Below are positions 27,235 through 41,627 of a DNA stretch of 64,000 nt, piece by piece. The notes beneath the pieces were generated by a model. That model was not told the DNA's origin. It searched no databases and saw only the letters and a program-made list of their open reading frames with translations. The DNA is from Eledone cirrhosa. Lineage: Eukaryota. Location: the NCBI GenBank assembly GCA_964016885.1, contig OZ024740.1, forward strand, positions 412,486,001 through 412,550,000. The letters are read 5' to 3'. The position numbers and the translations under genes were made by a program. Each line of letters begins with the position of its first letter. Position 1 is the first letter of the stretch.

Positions 27235-27843
27235 TCTCTAAAGTAGTCATTTTCTCATTTGTATTAAAACATCTAAGCAACATGATAAACTAGAGAGAAC
27301 TCGAATATAAATACTCGTGGGTGACAATTAACCATATTTTCTACAATGCATTATTATATTTTAAAGCTGCTAATGACAAAATATTGACATATTCAATTAA
27401 GAAATTGAAATAATATTTAATTCAAAAATACGCCAATATAACCTTGAAAATAATGAAAATATAAACATAATTATAGAAACATATATATATTTTAAAGGAT
27501 AAATATTTAAATTAAATATTGCTTTACAAGTATATAGGAATTAATTTACTTGATATTGTACGAAAACAGAAATGAATATAAAGGACGTATTAGATTATTG
27601 CTTATGTGAGAGCAATAAAAAACATATTTATAACAATATTTATAATAATATTGTTATGTGACATCAAACATTATATATTTCAGAAATAAATGGTAGAGAT
27701 ATATATTGTATAAGTGAGTAAAATACCAAGACTAGACAGGAGAACAAAATGAGAAGGTAATGAGCACATGACACGTACAACCCAGTAGAAGACTTATATA
27801 TGCAACGAATGCTGAGATGTATACTGTCGGCAGTCTGAATGTA

Positions 27844-27922
<79 letters not shown>

Positions 27923-27929
<7 letters not shown>

Positions 27930-28385
27930 GAAACCAAAGAACGCTTACATACTCAAACAGTTTTTATTTGCTTACAATGTTTCATCCATACCGTTGGGTA
28001 AGAATCATTAGAGCTTAATAAACACAGTGCTAAGTATAATCTCTACCAAGCTTAGTCACACGCTGCATCTTGTGAGATCTGCTTGTGCCCTAGCATTTAG
28101 CTGTGGTGCTTAACAACCCCAGCATGTACTCTCTCCTTATTTGCCATCTCCGATCTCCCTATCTTTACCCTCTATTTTATTCCGATTGTTCGTGTGACTA
28201 AGCTTGGTAGAACTTATACTCAGCACTGTGTTTATTAAGCTCTGATGAAACCTACCCAGCGGTATGGATGAAACATCGTAAGCAAATAAAAACTGTTTGA
28301 GTATGTAAGCGTTCTTTGATTTCTTTTACATATAACGGCTCTGTTCTCGTACATTGAGCTAATACAATACCGTCAAAATATAACA
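27923..28385. mobile_element. PLE foldback with HHR
   Basis: Arms 27923-28072 / 28192-28330; HHR at 28238-28283: CTGATGA-AACCTACC(cagc)GGTATGGAT-GAAA-CATCG-TA-AGC. Confidence 0.85.
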
Positions 28386-29247
28386 CGGTGCGCGTGTGTT
28401 TATACACATGCACTACGTGCTATATGTACGTACATATATATATATATTGCAATAAGTCTCTCTCACAGCATAATTAACAATATTAGGTACACACAACAGA
28501 ATGCAAATAACCAAGAAGCAGCATAAATAGATTTGGAAGAGAATGCTGGATATATTTTCAGATTCAAAGAAACTTTTCTTCTAATTTAATTGGTGAGTTT
28601 AAAAACATTTGAAATTATTTGTTAAAAATGTGTTGGATCCATGCATAATGTTACGTATACACGTATTTAATCTTGCTCACATAACTGCTAACTTGCCAAG
28701 ACTTGGTGAATAGTAACTACAATGAAATAATGCAATAGAACATCTTTACGTTCATGAGTATTTTAGTTTGAAATATTCACATAGAGTAAAAGTAAGTTTA
28801 TTATAGATACATTCAATGTATCTATAATATAATTGGTACACGCAGGTATTACATTCTAATGTATGCTGTCATATTGATCTCGTTAATTTACTTGTTATGT
28901 TGCACATCTACAGTGAATATTTTGAAGAATGTCTGGACCTCTCTGTAAAGCTTTATATCGTTTTTAAATATTTCTGTAGAATTGTGTGTATTCTAAATGC
29001 ATTCATTACCTCCTCATTTCATTCCCCTGCCTAGTCCTGATAATTCGCCAAGTAGCCAGATGTAAATTAATATGTCCCTAACGTAGTACTGGAATATCTA
29101 AATTTTTGTTTTCGCCTTTTTTATAGCATTGATTTAATAAACCATCTAGCTGTTAATTTTGTGAAGTTCCTCAATTACGAAGTACTTGTGAGTCTTTACT
29201 TTATGTAAATCATTTTCCGTATGTTCTTTCTATGTTTTACTTTTATT

Positions 29248-29420
29248 AGTATCAGTAGAGGGTCGAACGCCATGCTTTCCAGCATAGTTACGTCCCTTTA
29301 CGGTTTGAGTTCAAATCCCGCCGAGGTTAACTTTGCCTTAAATCCTTACGGGGTCGATAAAATAAAGTACCAGTAATGCACTGGTTAATTGCTGGCCTTG
29401 TGCCAAAAGTAGAAACAATT
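29248..29420 (+). mobile_element. SINE
   Basis: Same family; ATTAGT on both sides. Confidence 0.9.
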
Positions 29421-29944
29421 AGTTTAATTGTTTTGACCTATTCGAGTAAATTTGAAAGAGAAAGTTACAGTTTAAGTTGGCAGAAGGTTCCAGTGTCAAA
29501 GCAGTAAGGCGTAGGCTACTTATCTCAAAAGTTCATTCGCACTTTTTCCACTCTTTCTCTCTATCCCTCTCGTGCAGTCCCTTGCGAATTTCTCGCGTAG
29601 GCCTGGTGTAGATTTGCACCCGATCCATCTGCCTGATGCACATGACCGCTTTGTATGGCTTTTGGAGGAAGGAGTGACCAGCACTACGGTGTTCGGTATT
29701 ATTACGAAAAGGTGTAGCAGAGAATCCCGCGTGAACTAACAGCTCGGGGGGAAAATGCTTACCTCGATGATTCATTCTCCATCATTCTTGTCAACGCTAC
29801 GTTTGGTTGGTATTTGTTGGTCGACAATTAGATGAATGGCGCACAAAGGGTTAATGTTTATTGCCAAGAAGTTTTTTGAATAATAAAAGACGGGTTAAAG
29901 CGACCTACAATGTATCTGTGCGTGTGTGTATATATATATATACT

Positions 29945-30326
29945 AATTAATGTTCAGAGCCATCCTCAGGATTCTCGTGTAGCAATCATCCACCATCTGA
30001 GTGAGTTTCTTAGTCAGCGTCCAAGTCTCAGAGCCGTACAGCAGCACAGACTCCACTAGAGCAACGAAGAGTGACACAGAGGAGACTGAGGTTAGCTTAA
30101 CATGCTCACCAACATCCAGATATGAAACTGCACTCTGTGCTCCTGTCGGAGACCCTGCATGGACACACTCGAAGAGGAATACCGAGGTTAACATATGTTG
30201 ATGCCCTAAGGACAGACACTGGTCTGTTGGAGACGCAGGACATGTCAGCGATAATGAGGGACAGGGACCGCTGGAGAGAACTCGTCCATGGATCTCGGGA
30301 ATTTGACCCGCCCTAGATAGATAGAT
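29945..30326. mobile_element. RTE LINE 3' end with an inverted 5' segment
   Basis: Minus strand VESVLLYGSETWTLTKK...TRILRMALNI; plus strand RGIPRLTYVDALRTD...RDRDRWRELV, then a (TAGA)3 tail. Confidence 0.85.
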
Positions 30327-30329
30327 TTT

Positions 30330-30364
<35 letters not shown>

Positions 30365-30377
30365 GTATATGTGTTTG

Positions 30378-30434
<57 letters not shown>

Positions 30435-30440
<6 letters not shown>

Positions 30441-30910
30441 TCAGGTTATCAATAATGTAGTGATAACATATCGTTACGTTAGAGATGAACAGCGTACGTG
30501 TAGGTTTGCTCAACGAGTATAAATTATATTCCGGAGAAAATGTAGAAAAGATGAATATAAATTGAAAGTGCTTTTTTTAAAAAAAGGAATTTATTAGGTA
30601 TTGACATATGTTTCTGTAACAGACGGAACACCTATGTATCGCTGCTTGCGTAATCATATAATGTTAGCAAGTTTCGATAGCAAATGTATAATCAGTTGTA
30701 ACTTCTTCAGAGATTTTGGATAAATTCAAAATTTATCCAAAATCTCTGAAGAATTGACAACTGATTATACATTTGCTATCGAATACTTGCTAACATTATA
30801 TCATTACGCAAGCAGCGATACATAGGTATTCCGTCTGTTACAGAAACATATGTCAATACCTAATAAATTCCTTTTTTTTAAAAAAAGCACTTTCAATTTA
30901 TATTAATCTT

Positions 30911-30914
<4 letters not shown>
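30435..30914. mobile_element. Near-perfect foldback (~185-bp arms, 3-nt loop) in (TA)n
   Basis: Arms 30543-30726 / 30730-30914; CTGAAGA...GAAAC HHR-like core; left tail at 30435-30542. Confidence 0.85.
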
Positions 30915-30986
<72 letters not shown>

Positions 30987-31020
30987 GTGCATATATGTGT
31001 GCGAATATGTAATAGCTGGT

Positions 31021-31303
<283 letters not shown>

Positions 31304-31355
31304 GACGTAAAATAAGAACATTTTAAAAATTAAAAATTAACTTACTAAAATTTTC

Positions 31356-31437
31356 ACTCAAACTAATTAGTTTCTGTAATGGGATAAATATAGTTACACA
31401 ATGTAACTATCGAGAATTCATTACGTCATCAGGGAGT
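31356..31437 (-). ncRNA. Type-I HHR motif with an expanded helix II
   Basis: CTGATGA-CGTAATG...CATTACA-GAAA-CTAATTAG-TT; nested hairpin ATAGTTACA/TGTAACTAT. Confidence 0.7.
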
Positions 31438-31823
31438 CTATTTTCTGCTAAGTTCCCAGGCAATGCGCGGACACTAGGAACCCGTATAAAAATAATAATT
31501 TAGTGGATGTAATAAGCTAGCGGGGACTAAATTCCATAGCACTGAAAAAGTTCACTGCCTCTAGTCAGTGGTGTATTCTAAAGAATCAATCACGTGACAC
31601 TGAGGTTAGTCAGTAGGAGTGGGGTGGTATTATGACAAGAGCCCACTATTACTACTATGAATTAGTAGTAGATTTGCCAAGTTTGCTCAACAAATAATTT
31701 GGAGGTAAATATAGAGAATTAATACATCTACCAAAATATGCGTACAGATGTACACTAATGCTAGTAAATATATAAGTTATGTCAAAGTACCTAGGTGGTT
31801 CTATATATATATATATGTATATA

Positions 31824-31858
<35 letters not shown>

Positions 31859-32182
31859 GTATACGTGCATATATGTATATATATATATGTGTGTGTGTGT
31901 GTGGGAATGTGGCCAAGATAATACGTCACCAATGAGAGGTTCGTCAGAATTTCGTTATGCAGACAGACAGACATACAGACAGATATTATAAGCGCGCGAT
32001 GGAGATCGATAACCGGCGCTTAACACCCCTTTAACAACAGAAAATTGAAAAATAAAAGGTGCAGTTAATATATATAGACCGCAAAGAATATATAAATGCA
32101 AGTTTGAAGTCAATCGGAGTAGAAATATGGATTTGTATAGACCTTGCAAAAATAAGGATACACACACTCACAGACAACTACA

Positions 32183-32288
<106 letters not shown>

Positions 32289-32326
32289 AGTATATATATA
32301 TATATATATATATAAAACTGTATACG

Positions 32327-32362
32327 GTACTGATGAAGGGTAATTACCCAGAAACTTTCTAC
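32327..32362 (+). ncRNA. Minimal HHR motif
   Basis: GTA-CTGATGA-AGGGTAATTACCCA-GAAA-CTT-TC-TAC. Confidence 0.6.
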
Positions 32363-32780
32363 TTACATGGCTTAATGAGGCTGTTTGCATAATTGTAAAT
32401 GAATCGAATATTATATATTAATATTGTAAAAGCTCAGATTTACATTACTGATATATATATATATATGTGTGTGTGTGTATGTGTGCGTGTGTGTGTGTGT
32501 GTATATGTGTGTGTGTTTGTATGCTCAGCCTGACCTCGTTGAGCATGTTTAGATTTAAACATTTGTTATAAATACATACTATCATACAGAATATTGTTGA
32601 GCAATTAAGAATTTGATTTCAGTATCTAGTGTGAACGAGAAAACAATCCCTGAAATATGTATAAATTGTTACTAGTAATGTTATAATTTTTATTTAATGA
32701 AGTAGGTTCCTCTCGCATGATAAATGACACAAATGTATATATATATATATATATTGAAAGGATAACAAGTTACAGGCTAT

Positions 32781-32853
<73 letters not shown>

Positions 32854-32858
<5 letters not shown>

Positions 32859-34730
32859 ATGATAATAAAATTGAAGACTAAAATCCATAGAGGGCTCGAT
32901 AAGGAAAGTATATATCAAATATATAAGAACCGTAGAGCAAATATTTATTAAAATAATAGATTAAAGTTTAAGCAAAGAATCGCTGCTGTCACCCTTAACG
33001 GGATCTTCTGAAACTAACAAAGTCAAACTGTGAACGCGGAAGTGAATATTTCCAAAAACGTTGCAACCGGAGGAAGACAGGAAGACGATACTTTGGTTCG
33101 TGGAAACGTTCCCTGGCAAAGAACGGGAATAAACGAATATAATACGTCAAATGTGGTTTTGTCTTTGCGTGTAACTGTTTTTCACCGCTCCAAATAATTG
33201 TTTCTATTTTAGGCTACGACTCCTAACCTTGCACATAACATCACAGCTTCAAATTTAGCTAAACTACCTAGCCGTAGGAACACGTGCAACCCTGTAGTTA
33301 GTACTAACTGTAATTGTAGGAATCGGGCTGATTGCCCCCTATCCGGGAAATGCATCTTAGTAACATTGTCTACATGTAAGGTTGTAACACCCACGTCCCG
33401 TAGGGCCTACATAGGGTTAACCGCCAATAGTTTCAAGCAGCGTCTTTACATGCATAACCATTCTTTTCGTTACCCTCTAAGAAGGAGTATGACGTCACTT
33501 TCAGCTTATATCTGGAGTCTAAAAGACAACCACACCCAATATAAGTTACACTGGGAGATCCTAGCTAGGGCTAGATCGTATAACGGAAATAAAAGACCAT
33601 GTGACCTCTGCGCCGCTGAGGCCCTGGAAATACTCTACGTTACAGACCACATCTTAAACCAAAAATCTGAGGCAATTTCGGCTTGTAAACATAAATTGCA
33701 CAAAACTTTCCTGTATTACAGCCCCACGGATAGCACGATCTATACGTGGATATTTTACGTCTTGATGTGGGAGCTAAGTATATGTTTTGTTTATTCCTTT
33801 ACTTATTTGCATAGGTAAGTATATATTACCCGTATGTTTTGTGAAGGTATGTATACCTTCTCGTACGTATATTTGACTGTTATAGCGTATACTTTTTATA
33901 TATTCTGGTATTTAGGGTTTGGCTATGCGTATACGGGAGTTTTGCGTCCGCGTGAGTGTGCAGGTTCGTACGTATGGTGGGTGTGTGTATATGTGTACTT
34001 CTTGTTTTAGTTGACTTACGTCTCCGAACATTCGTGTATTTATATGTAGGTATGCGTGTGCGCTTGTTATATACGTATTTATTTACTTATATACGTTTAT
34101 ATAATTATTTATTTATTTGTACACAAGCGTACACACACACATATTTATATGTGCGTGGTTTAGTATACCCATGGAAAGGTTTTGCGTATGCTTGTGTATG
34201 TACGTATCTGTTTGCGTGTATGTATTTATTTGTTTCTATTACTTCTGTATTGTATTTATTTACTTTGTTCTTAACTCTGTAGCGGAGATTCATTTGGTCT
34301 CCTAGTTAGAATTTTAGTCTACGATTTCTGCTATACCATTTAAGTGGTTTTGTGTTTGCGTGCTATTGTTCTCCACGCTCCACATATGACTTATTATCTT
34401 CGTTTTTTCGTTCATTGCCAGAGAACGTCTCTATGCACCACCTAAGAGAACATTAGTCTAGGACCTCTTTTATACCATAAACGTGGTTCTGTCTTTGTGC
34501 GTAATTGTTTTTCACCGCTCCTATTAATGACGTATTATTCGTTTTTTCCCGTTCTTTGCCAGCGAACGTCACCATGAACCAAAGTATCGTCTTCCTGTCT
34601 TCCTCCGGTTGCAACGTTTTTTGAAATATCCAGTTCTGCGTTTACAGATTGACTTTGTTAGTTTCAGAAGATCCCGTTAAGGGTGAAAGCAGCGATTCTT
34701 TGCTTAAACTTTAATCTGTTCAGAAACGAA
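32854..34730 (+). mobile_element. Naiad-type PLE (family A): GIY-YIG remnant flanked by inverted pLTR arms
   Basis: CNCRNRADCPLSGKC; AYIGLTANSFKQRLYMHNHSF...TSLSAYIWSLK...WEIL...CDLC (33309-33725); inverted arms ~32957-33149 / 34528-34720. Confidence 0.9.
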
Positions 34731-34759
<29 letters not shown>

Positions 34760-34762
<3 letters not shown>

Positions 34763-35100
34763 GAGTTAAACACAATTCAATGAGTATATCAAAGAATGAG
34801 TTTTACAGTAAAAAAAAATTTTACAGAGTTATTAATATTAAAATACAAATATTAATAAAATAGATGTTCTTGTGATCAATTAAATTTTATTATACATATT
34901 TCAGAGGTACTGAGTAAACTTCAACAGTACGTCCTCATCAGATAAAATAAAATGATACATGACATACCCTGAGATGTTAAATGGTTAAGATTTAATCAAG
35001 CTATGTCATGTATCATTTTATTTTATCTGATGAGGACGTATTGTTGTACCTCTGAAATATGTATAATAAAATTTAATTGATCACAAGAACATATATTTTA

Positions 35101-35103
<3 letters not shown>
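34760..35103. mobile_element. PLE foldback with paired HHR-like motifs
   Basis: Arms 34852-34966 / 35002-35103; CTGATGA-GGACGTA...TACCTCT-GAAA. Confidence 0.85.
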
Positions 35104-35163
<60 letters not shown>

Positions 35164-35964
35164 GTCTTTGCTATAAAGGACACGTTATTCTTCATAAACA
35201 CTATTCAGAGAATTTACTTAACACGGTGAGAACAAAGTGTGAATTAGAAAAACAAAATATATAACTGTCTGTGTCGATACGCGTATGTTTTATGCACTGT
35301 GTATAGATAAAGGAAAATGAGAAAAACACAGGATGTAATAAGGTTGATTCTTAGCGATAGTCTGAAATTGCCTGACGTTTAGTTAATCCTTTTTTTTTTT
35401 GAGAAGATAAATGTATTAAGTTATTTTATTTTTAATAAATCAATTCACAGTTGTATAAATAACATTATAAGTATTGATCGAAATATGAAAAAAAGTAAAA
35501 GGATAAACGAATATCAAACAACGTACAAAGCGGGTGGGGGTGAAAAAGGGCAGATCTGACTGTAAAGGAAAGTAGGACAAAGGGCTATAAGTTCCATAAA
35601 TGAAAGGAAAATGAAGTCTATTATACTTGTCATTTATTTTTTTATTTATTATATCAACTCGCATAAAGGGAGAAAAAAGAGCTAAATGATTTAAGGGAAT
35701 AGACATGTGAAAACACAAATTGAAAGGTTGAGGAAATTCTATCCCTAACATTGTGGTTGGTGTTGTTTGCTACAAATCACCTTCTATGCAGCAGTTATAT
35801 ATCTAAATGTAATTCAAGACAATTTCTTCTTATTTGGAGGTTGTGTATATATTTGAGACATGTTTCCGCTTTCTATTTGGCTTTTAGTAATAGGTATTTT
35901 GTTTAATTATGTGATTTTTAAGCTATAATGTACGACTACACTTCAAATTATACTTTAATATAGG

Positions 35965-36265
35965 TCTAGGGCGAGTCAAATTCTCGAGATCCATGGACGA
36001 GTTCTCTCCAGCGGTTTCTGTCCCACATTATCGCTGCTATGTCCTGCGACTCCAACATACCAGTGTCTGTCCTTACGGCATCAACCTATGTTAACCTCGG
36101 TCTTCCTCTTTGAGTGTGTCCATGCAATGGCTCCCACAGGAGCATTGACTGCAGTTTCAACTCTGGATGTCGGGGAGCATGTCCAGCTAACCCAATCTCC
36201 TCCGTGCTATTCTTGAGCTGAGTTTTGGGAGGGTCCCGTACAGATCTGACTTCTTCATCCTCAGT
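35965..36265 (-). mobile_element. RTE LINE 3' fragment (same family as 30075-30315)
   Basis: Reverse complement matches CGTCCATGGATCTCG.GAATTTGAC.CGCCCTAG and the upstream ORF end. Confidence 0.85.
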
Positions 36266-36449
36266 GTATACTGATTAATATATAAAGCAATAAATATTGA
36301 AATTGTAATTCAATATTTCTACACAATCAAAACAGAGATAGAAATATAAAGGAAATTTCCATGATAATAATATGTTCTCATATTCATTGTTTAATGTTCA
36401 TCATTTACAACGATCAGAGAGGTCGCCTGAACCTTAAACCAAATACCGC

Positions 36450-37050
36450 TATCCCACTTGTTAAAAATTATGATAGTTCAAGTATTGCACATACAAAATT
36501 CAGAAGTGAAAGTTTGGCTGAAATTTATTTGGGTGGTTGTGAGAATCTGTAAGGAAGAGATATATAAATAGCGTATGTATATTTGGCAATTTGGAGAGAC
36601 TCGTGGTTTGCGGTGTAAGATGACAAAGCGACTTTATATAATGCGAAAAACAGATGCGCTGACATAAGACAGTGGTGCACAGCTCTGCAATTATAGAGAT
36701 AAGTGTCAAGTAGGAACTCGAAAATTGTTCGGTTGTCAAACTCTGTATTCCATGGATCCACCCGAATCTATGATCACAAAACCATTAGAGCAGAATTTGA
36801 AATCGAATGACGCAGTAAGATTTAGCCTTTCAGCATTGAACCAAACTGCCTTATGCATATCTAGCGTTTCAACAATTCGTTATTATTAATTGGCAAACAA
36901 TTTTCCTATATTACCAAGCATTCTGAACATGGATGAAACAGATCTATATTTTCACATCCCACAGTGTGAATATGTTATTAAATAGTAGAGAACAGCTCTG
37001 GAGAAAACTGCTGGATATGAGAAAAACAGTTTTAGTTTTTACGCGCCAGA
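36450..37050 (+). pseudogene. Degenerate pogo/Tigger-like DDE transposase fragment
   Basis: ILNMDETDLYFHIP and KTAGYEK resemble the pogo DDE motif I region. Confidence 0.55.
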
Positions 37051-38408
37051 TAAAAGCGAACTTACACCGATTCTAGTTTGTATCAGAAACATTATGGCAC
37101 AGAGTATTTTCGAAAAGTAACATGTGTACATGTGCATATTTAATACTTGATGGATGCAGATGACTGCAGTGAAACAAGGAAGTTTTGAATTTACAAGTTA
37201 CTAGAGTATGGTAGGAAATTAGTTGTTTTGTATACGTGTACGTCACAGTCACACGTGTCTGACTGAACATATTTTACACACATAAATATCATTTTCAATA
37301 AGATATTTAAGGACTTAATGAGGTTTCATGAATAACATTCTTATACAAATGGAGATAATGCGCAAACTGCATCACTGCGACTGAAGGCAATGAATATGAA
37401 TATAAAGAATCAAAATTTGATGTACCAATTAATTCAATTATATATGTAGAATTTCGAATGCATTTTATAACGATTATACAGTAGGTGAAGTTCAACCTTT
37501 CATTACAGACAATGATAATAAAGTCAATCCAAAAGATTACAGCACCATATGTATCTATTATCAATCTGCTCTAATAATGAGTAAGCGTGATATTGAAAAA
37601 AGGTAACTCACACTTTACCATATTTAAAATGAGAGGCATTACCTATGATTTTTTAAACATTTTTTAACATTTATCTGGAGGTATTTAGTAATATAAATGA
37701 TTGTTCTTTTTATGTATCTAGTGTTCGGTTCCTAACTTAACATACAGACAGGAACGGTTTCAAGCTCTTTTGTACCAAAAAAGTTAATAAAAGTTCGGGT
37801 TTAAGACAAAAAAAATGTTTTTGCTGGTTTATATGTGAAGATATTTGGAGGAGGAGAAGAATGAGTAGCTACCTGTATAGCTTGCCAAAGAGAAACAACA
37901 ACAAGTAATTTATAATGTCTTCCTGACAGTTGTAATAGGAGAAATTATTAAATCAATAAATGTATATCGATTTCGCAGTCTATCTCTGAGTATCGTTATT
38001 TTTGCTTGGTTGGGCGTCTTAAGCAGAGATCTATTCAGCAGAATCTTTAAAGGCTGTAATGTTCGTATGAATAGTCTGAAAAAAAAGTGTTTAAGATTTT
38101 AGAAATATGTTTGATTAAAAAGCGAATGGCTTGATGATTGATTCATTACAAATATGTTTGTTTTCTTTTTTGTATTTTTCTCTGGGTGTCCTAGTGAATT
38201 GAAAATATTTATAATTTGTATATTTAGAAAGGTACTAGATTGTAAAGGGAGATAGATTTGATATAACATGGGTTGGGTTCGAAATGAAAATCTTAGCAAC
38301 ATTTCTTTATCGGTGTCTGCCAATATAATTTAGTTAGAAATGTTTTGATCTCACAATGGAATTGTAATTTAATACCACACACACACACATACGCGCACAC
38401 ACACACAT

Positions 38409-38456
<48 letters not shown>

Positions 38457-38482
38457 TATTTCGGATACCAGGCAGGAAATAT

Positions 38483-38838
38483 AATTGTTTCTACTTTGGG
38501 CACAAACCAGTAATTATCGCAGTGTATTAGTGGTACTTTATTTTATCGACCCCGGCGGAATTGAACTCAGACAATAAAGGGCCGTAACTCTTTACTGCAA
38601 AGCATGTCGTCAGACCCTCTACCGATACTGCCAACCCGGACAGGAAATATAATTATTTCTCCTGTTGGCACAAGGCCAGCAATTACCCAGTACATTACTG
38701 GTACTTTATTTTATCGACTCCGTAACGATGAAAGGCAAAGTGAACCTCGGCGGTATTTTAACTCAGACTGTAAAGGGACGTAACTATGCTAGGAAGCATG
38801 GCGCCCGACTCTCTATCGATACTGCCAATCCACCGCCC
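38483..38838 (-). mobile_element. Two tandem SINEs with a triplicated target site
   Basis: CAGGAAATATAAT at 38473, 38641 and 38847. Confidence 0.9.
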
Positions 38839-39669
38839 TTCCCAAACAGGAAATATAATGCTTCATAGTAAGTACGGAGCCATATTATATTATTAGCTGG
38901 GTGGGCATGTGATGTGATAGGCTTACCAGATAATTATTATCTATTTATTAGAATAATCTGATAGGGACAGAGTTGTAATGACACATTTCATAGCAGCCAA
39001 TACTGCTGGGATATCGTGAAGGTTATATTTTCCGAAGGGATTGAGGATATGAATGTGTGTGACAGAAGGAATGCAATAAAATCCTATAACAGCAAGATGT
39101 GTGTGTGTGAAACACGACAAAAGATACGTCTATCAGTGAAACTGTTAAGCTTCATATTATTCCTTGGTATGTGCCCGATAGAATAATTAGTATTATTTCA
39201 CTAACTAATAGTTGATTTCCCCTTTTCTCATATAGAAGATCTAATTACATAAATTTCCAAACCTGAAAGTAATTTGGATTCTACCATAACATCCAATTAC
39301 TCAAAAGCCGTAATAATTTTCCACCTAGGAAAAGCAATCGAAATGAGTGCTTTAAATTTTCATTATTCCTAATAATGTACTAATAAATTGGGTACACAGA
39401 CAAACACACATGCACGCACGCACACAAATACATTCATTTATATATATATATATATATGGGGGGGGGGGGGGGGATTGTGAGTAGTAAAAGTTGTTTGTTT
39501 TCGTTGTAAGCAGGACAGAGCTCTCTACATTCGTAATGAAATCAAAACTATAATAAAGGAAGGTATGCGGGACTGCGTACGGTCTATTCTTTTTATCCCG
39601 TTAGTAAAATTAGTTCGATTACTTTGAATAAATAATGAATGAACATTACATAATTTATCTACTAAATTT

Positions 39670-41057
39670 CGTAAACAAAAATATTCCTATTACACCAAAC
39701 AACCGAAAAACCACAACAACTATTACTACACCTTCTATGACCAATGTTATCAACCCACATATGAATACCAAGCACTCAAAATCTCATAATCTACCCAAAA
39801 ATAACACCAAATACAACCACGATGATTTACCAAATTCCACAAATAAGGATACTAACCATAGGAACTCTTCTAGAACACAACACAATAATATAAGGGATAA
39901 TAAAAACTTAACTAAAAACCGCAAAAGAAACATAACATGGTAGATCGAACCCTGCAAACTATTGGACAAATCACCAAAAAATTATTTGAAATACTACATA
40001 AACATTTTCCACCAAACCACAGATACCACCAAATATTTAACAAATATACTGTTAAATTCTCATACTCTACATCAAACAATCTCAAACAAAAAATAAGCGA
40101 CTACAACATTTATAAACTTTAAAATAATATGACTACACCAACGCAACAAAATTTAAATAGGACTGCACCTTTTAAAAAGACAAATAATACAATCCTTCAA
40201 CCTAGAAAACACAACCACCCAAATCACCAACACAGAAACAACAGAACACACAATTACAATACAACTCTAGCACCAAACCACCCACAAAGCAACCTTCATT
40301 CTCCTGCTATCATTAATTACAATAGGAATAGCTCAAGGATAAATGAGAATAGTATAGGCACCCATCAAAACCATCTTACGTATGGCTGTCATTGCAGAAA
40401 TAGAAGCATTTGCCCCTTAAATGGAAACTGTTTGATTAATAATATAGTATATAAATGCACTCTGTCTACTACAGACTCCAACAAAACATATATAGGATCT
40501 ACATCAAACACATTTAAGAAAACATTTTACGCACACTCTAGTAGTTTCAACAATACTAACCTAGTAAACACCACATCTCTATCTGAAGCGGTAAATAATT
40601 ATAAAAAGAAAAAAATAGATTTTAAGTTATCGTGGAACACCATTCTACAAAAAACTCCATATCTTGGAAACAGGAGGGAATGCGGATTATATTCAGGAGA
40701 GATCTGGAAATTACTAAATCTAAGGACGATTTATTAAATAAAAGATATGATTTGATCATAGTCTGTAATCACCGTATACGAAAAACATTTAAATACTATA
40801 AACCTAATTAAATACTATAAAACTAATTAAATATTCTAAATAGCAAATCACTATAATTCCGTATAGAATAACATTTATTAGTACCTCTTACCCCTAATTA
40901 TATGCTTTCATGCTTATTTTTGCCTTTTAATGTTTTAGCTTCCTTAGATTTATGCATTAATGACTAAAGGCAGCAATATACACAGCCACCCGTAATTGCA
41001 TGAGTGAAAATAAACATCTATGTATGATATGGAAATATATTTATGTGTGTATATATT

Positions 41058-41098
<41 letters not shown>

Positions 41099-41380
41099 GT
41101 GTGTATATATGTGTGTATATATATATATGTATGTGTGTGTGTATGTGTATGTATATATATATATATATATGTGTGTGTATGTATATGTGTTTGTGTGTGT
41201 GTATATGTGAGTATAGGTGTATGAATGTTTATATATGAGTATGTGCACATGTAAGAGGAGTGTACATATGCTCACACAAGTGTGTATACATATATATGTG
41301 TGTGTGTATGTGTGTGTGTCTGTATTGTATATGTATATATATATGTGTGTGTATGTATATGTATATGTATATATGTATGT

Positions 41381-41442
<62 letters not shown>

Positions 41443-41563
41443 GTGTGTATATATATGTATATATGTGTATATGTGTATGTATATATGTATGTTTATGTAT
41501 ATAAGTATGTATGTATGTGTGTGTCTATATGTATGTACTTGTATATATATATGTATGTGTGTG

Positions 41564-41627
<64 letters not shown>

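Noticed and set aside
27074-27283. Poly-Arg ORF
   Set aside because: Translation of a (GAA)n microsatellite
34665-34690. Active HHR in family A
   Set aside because: Core reads CAGAAGA in most copies; the CTGAAGA at 11442 is created by the palindromic junction
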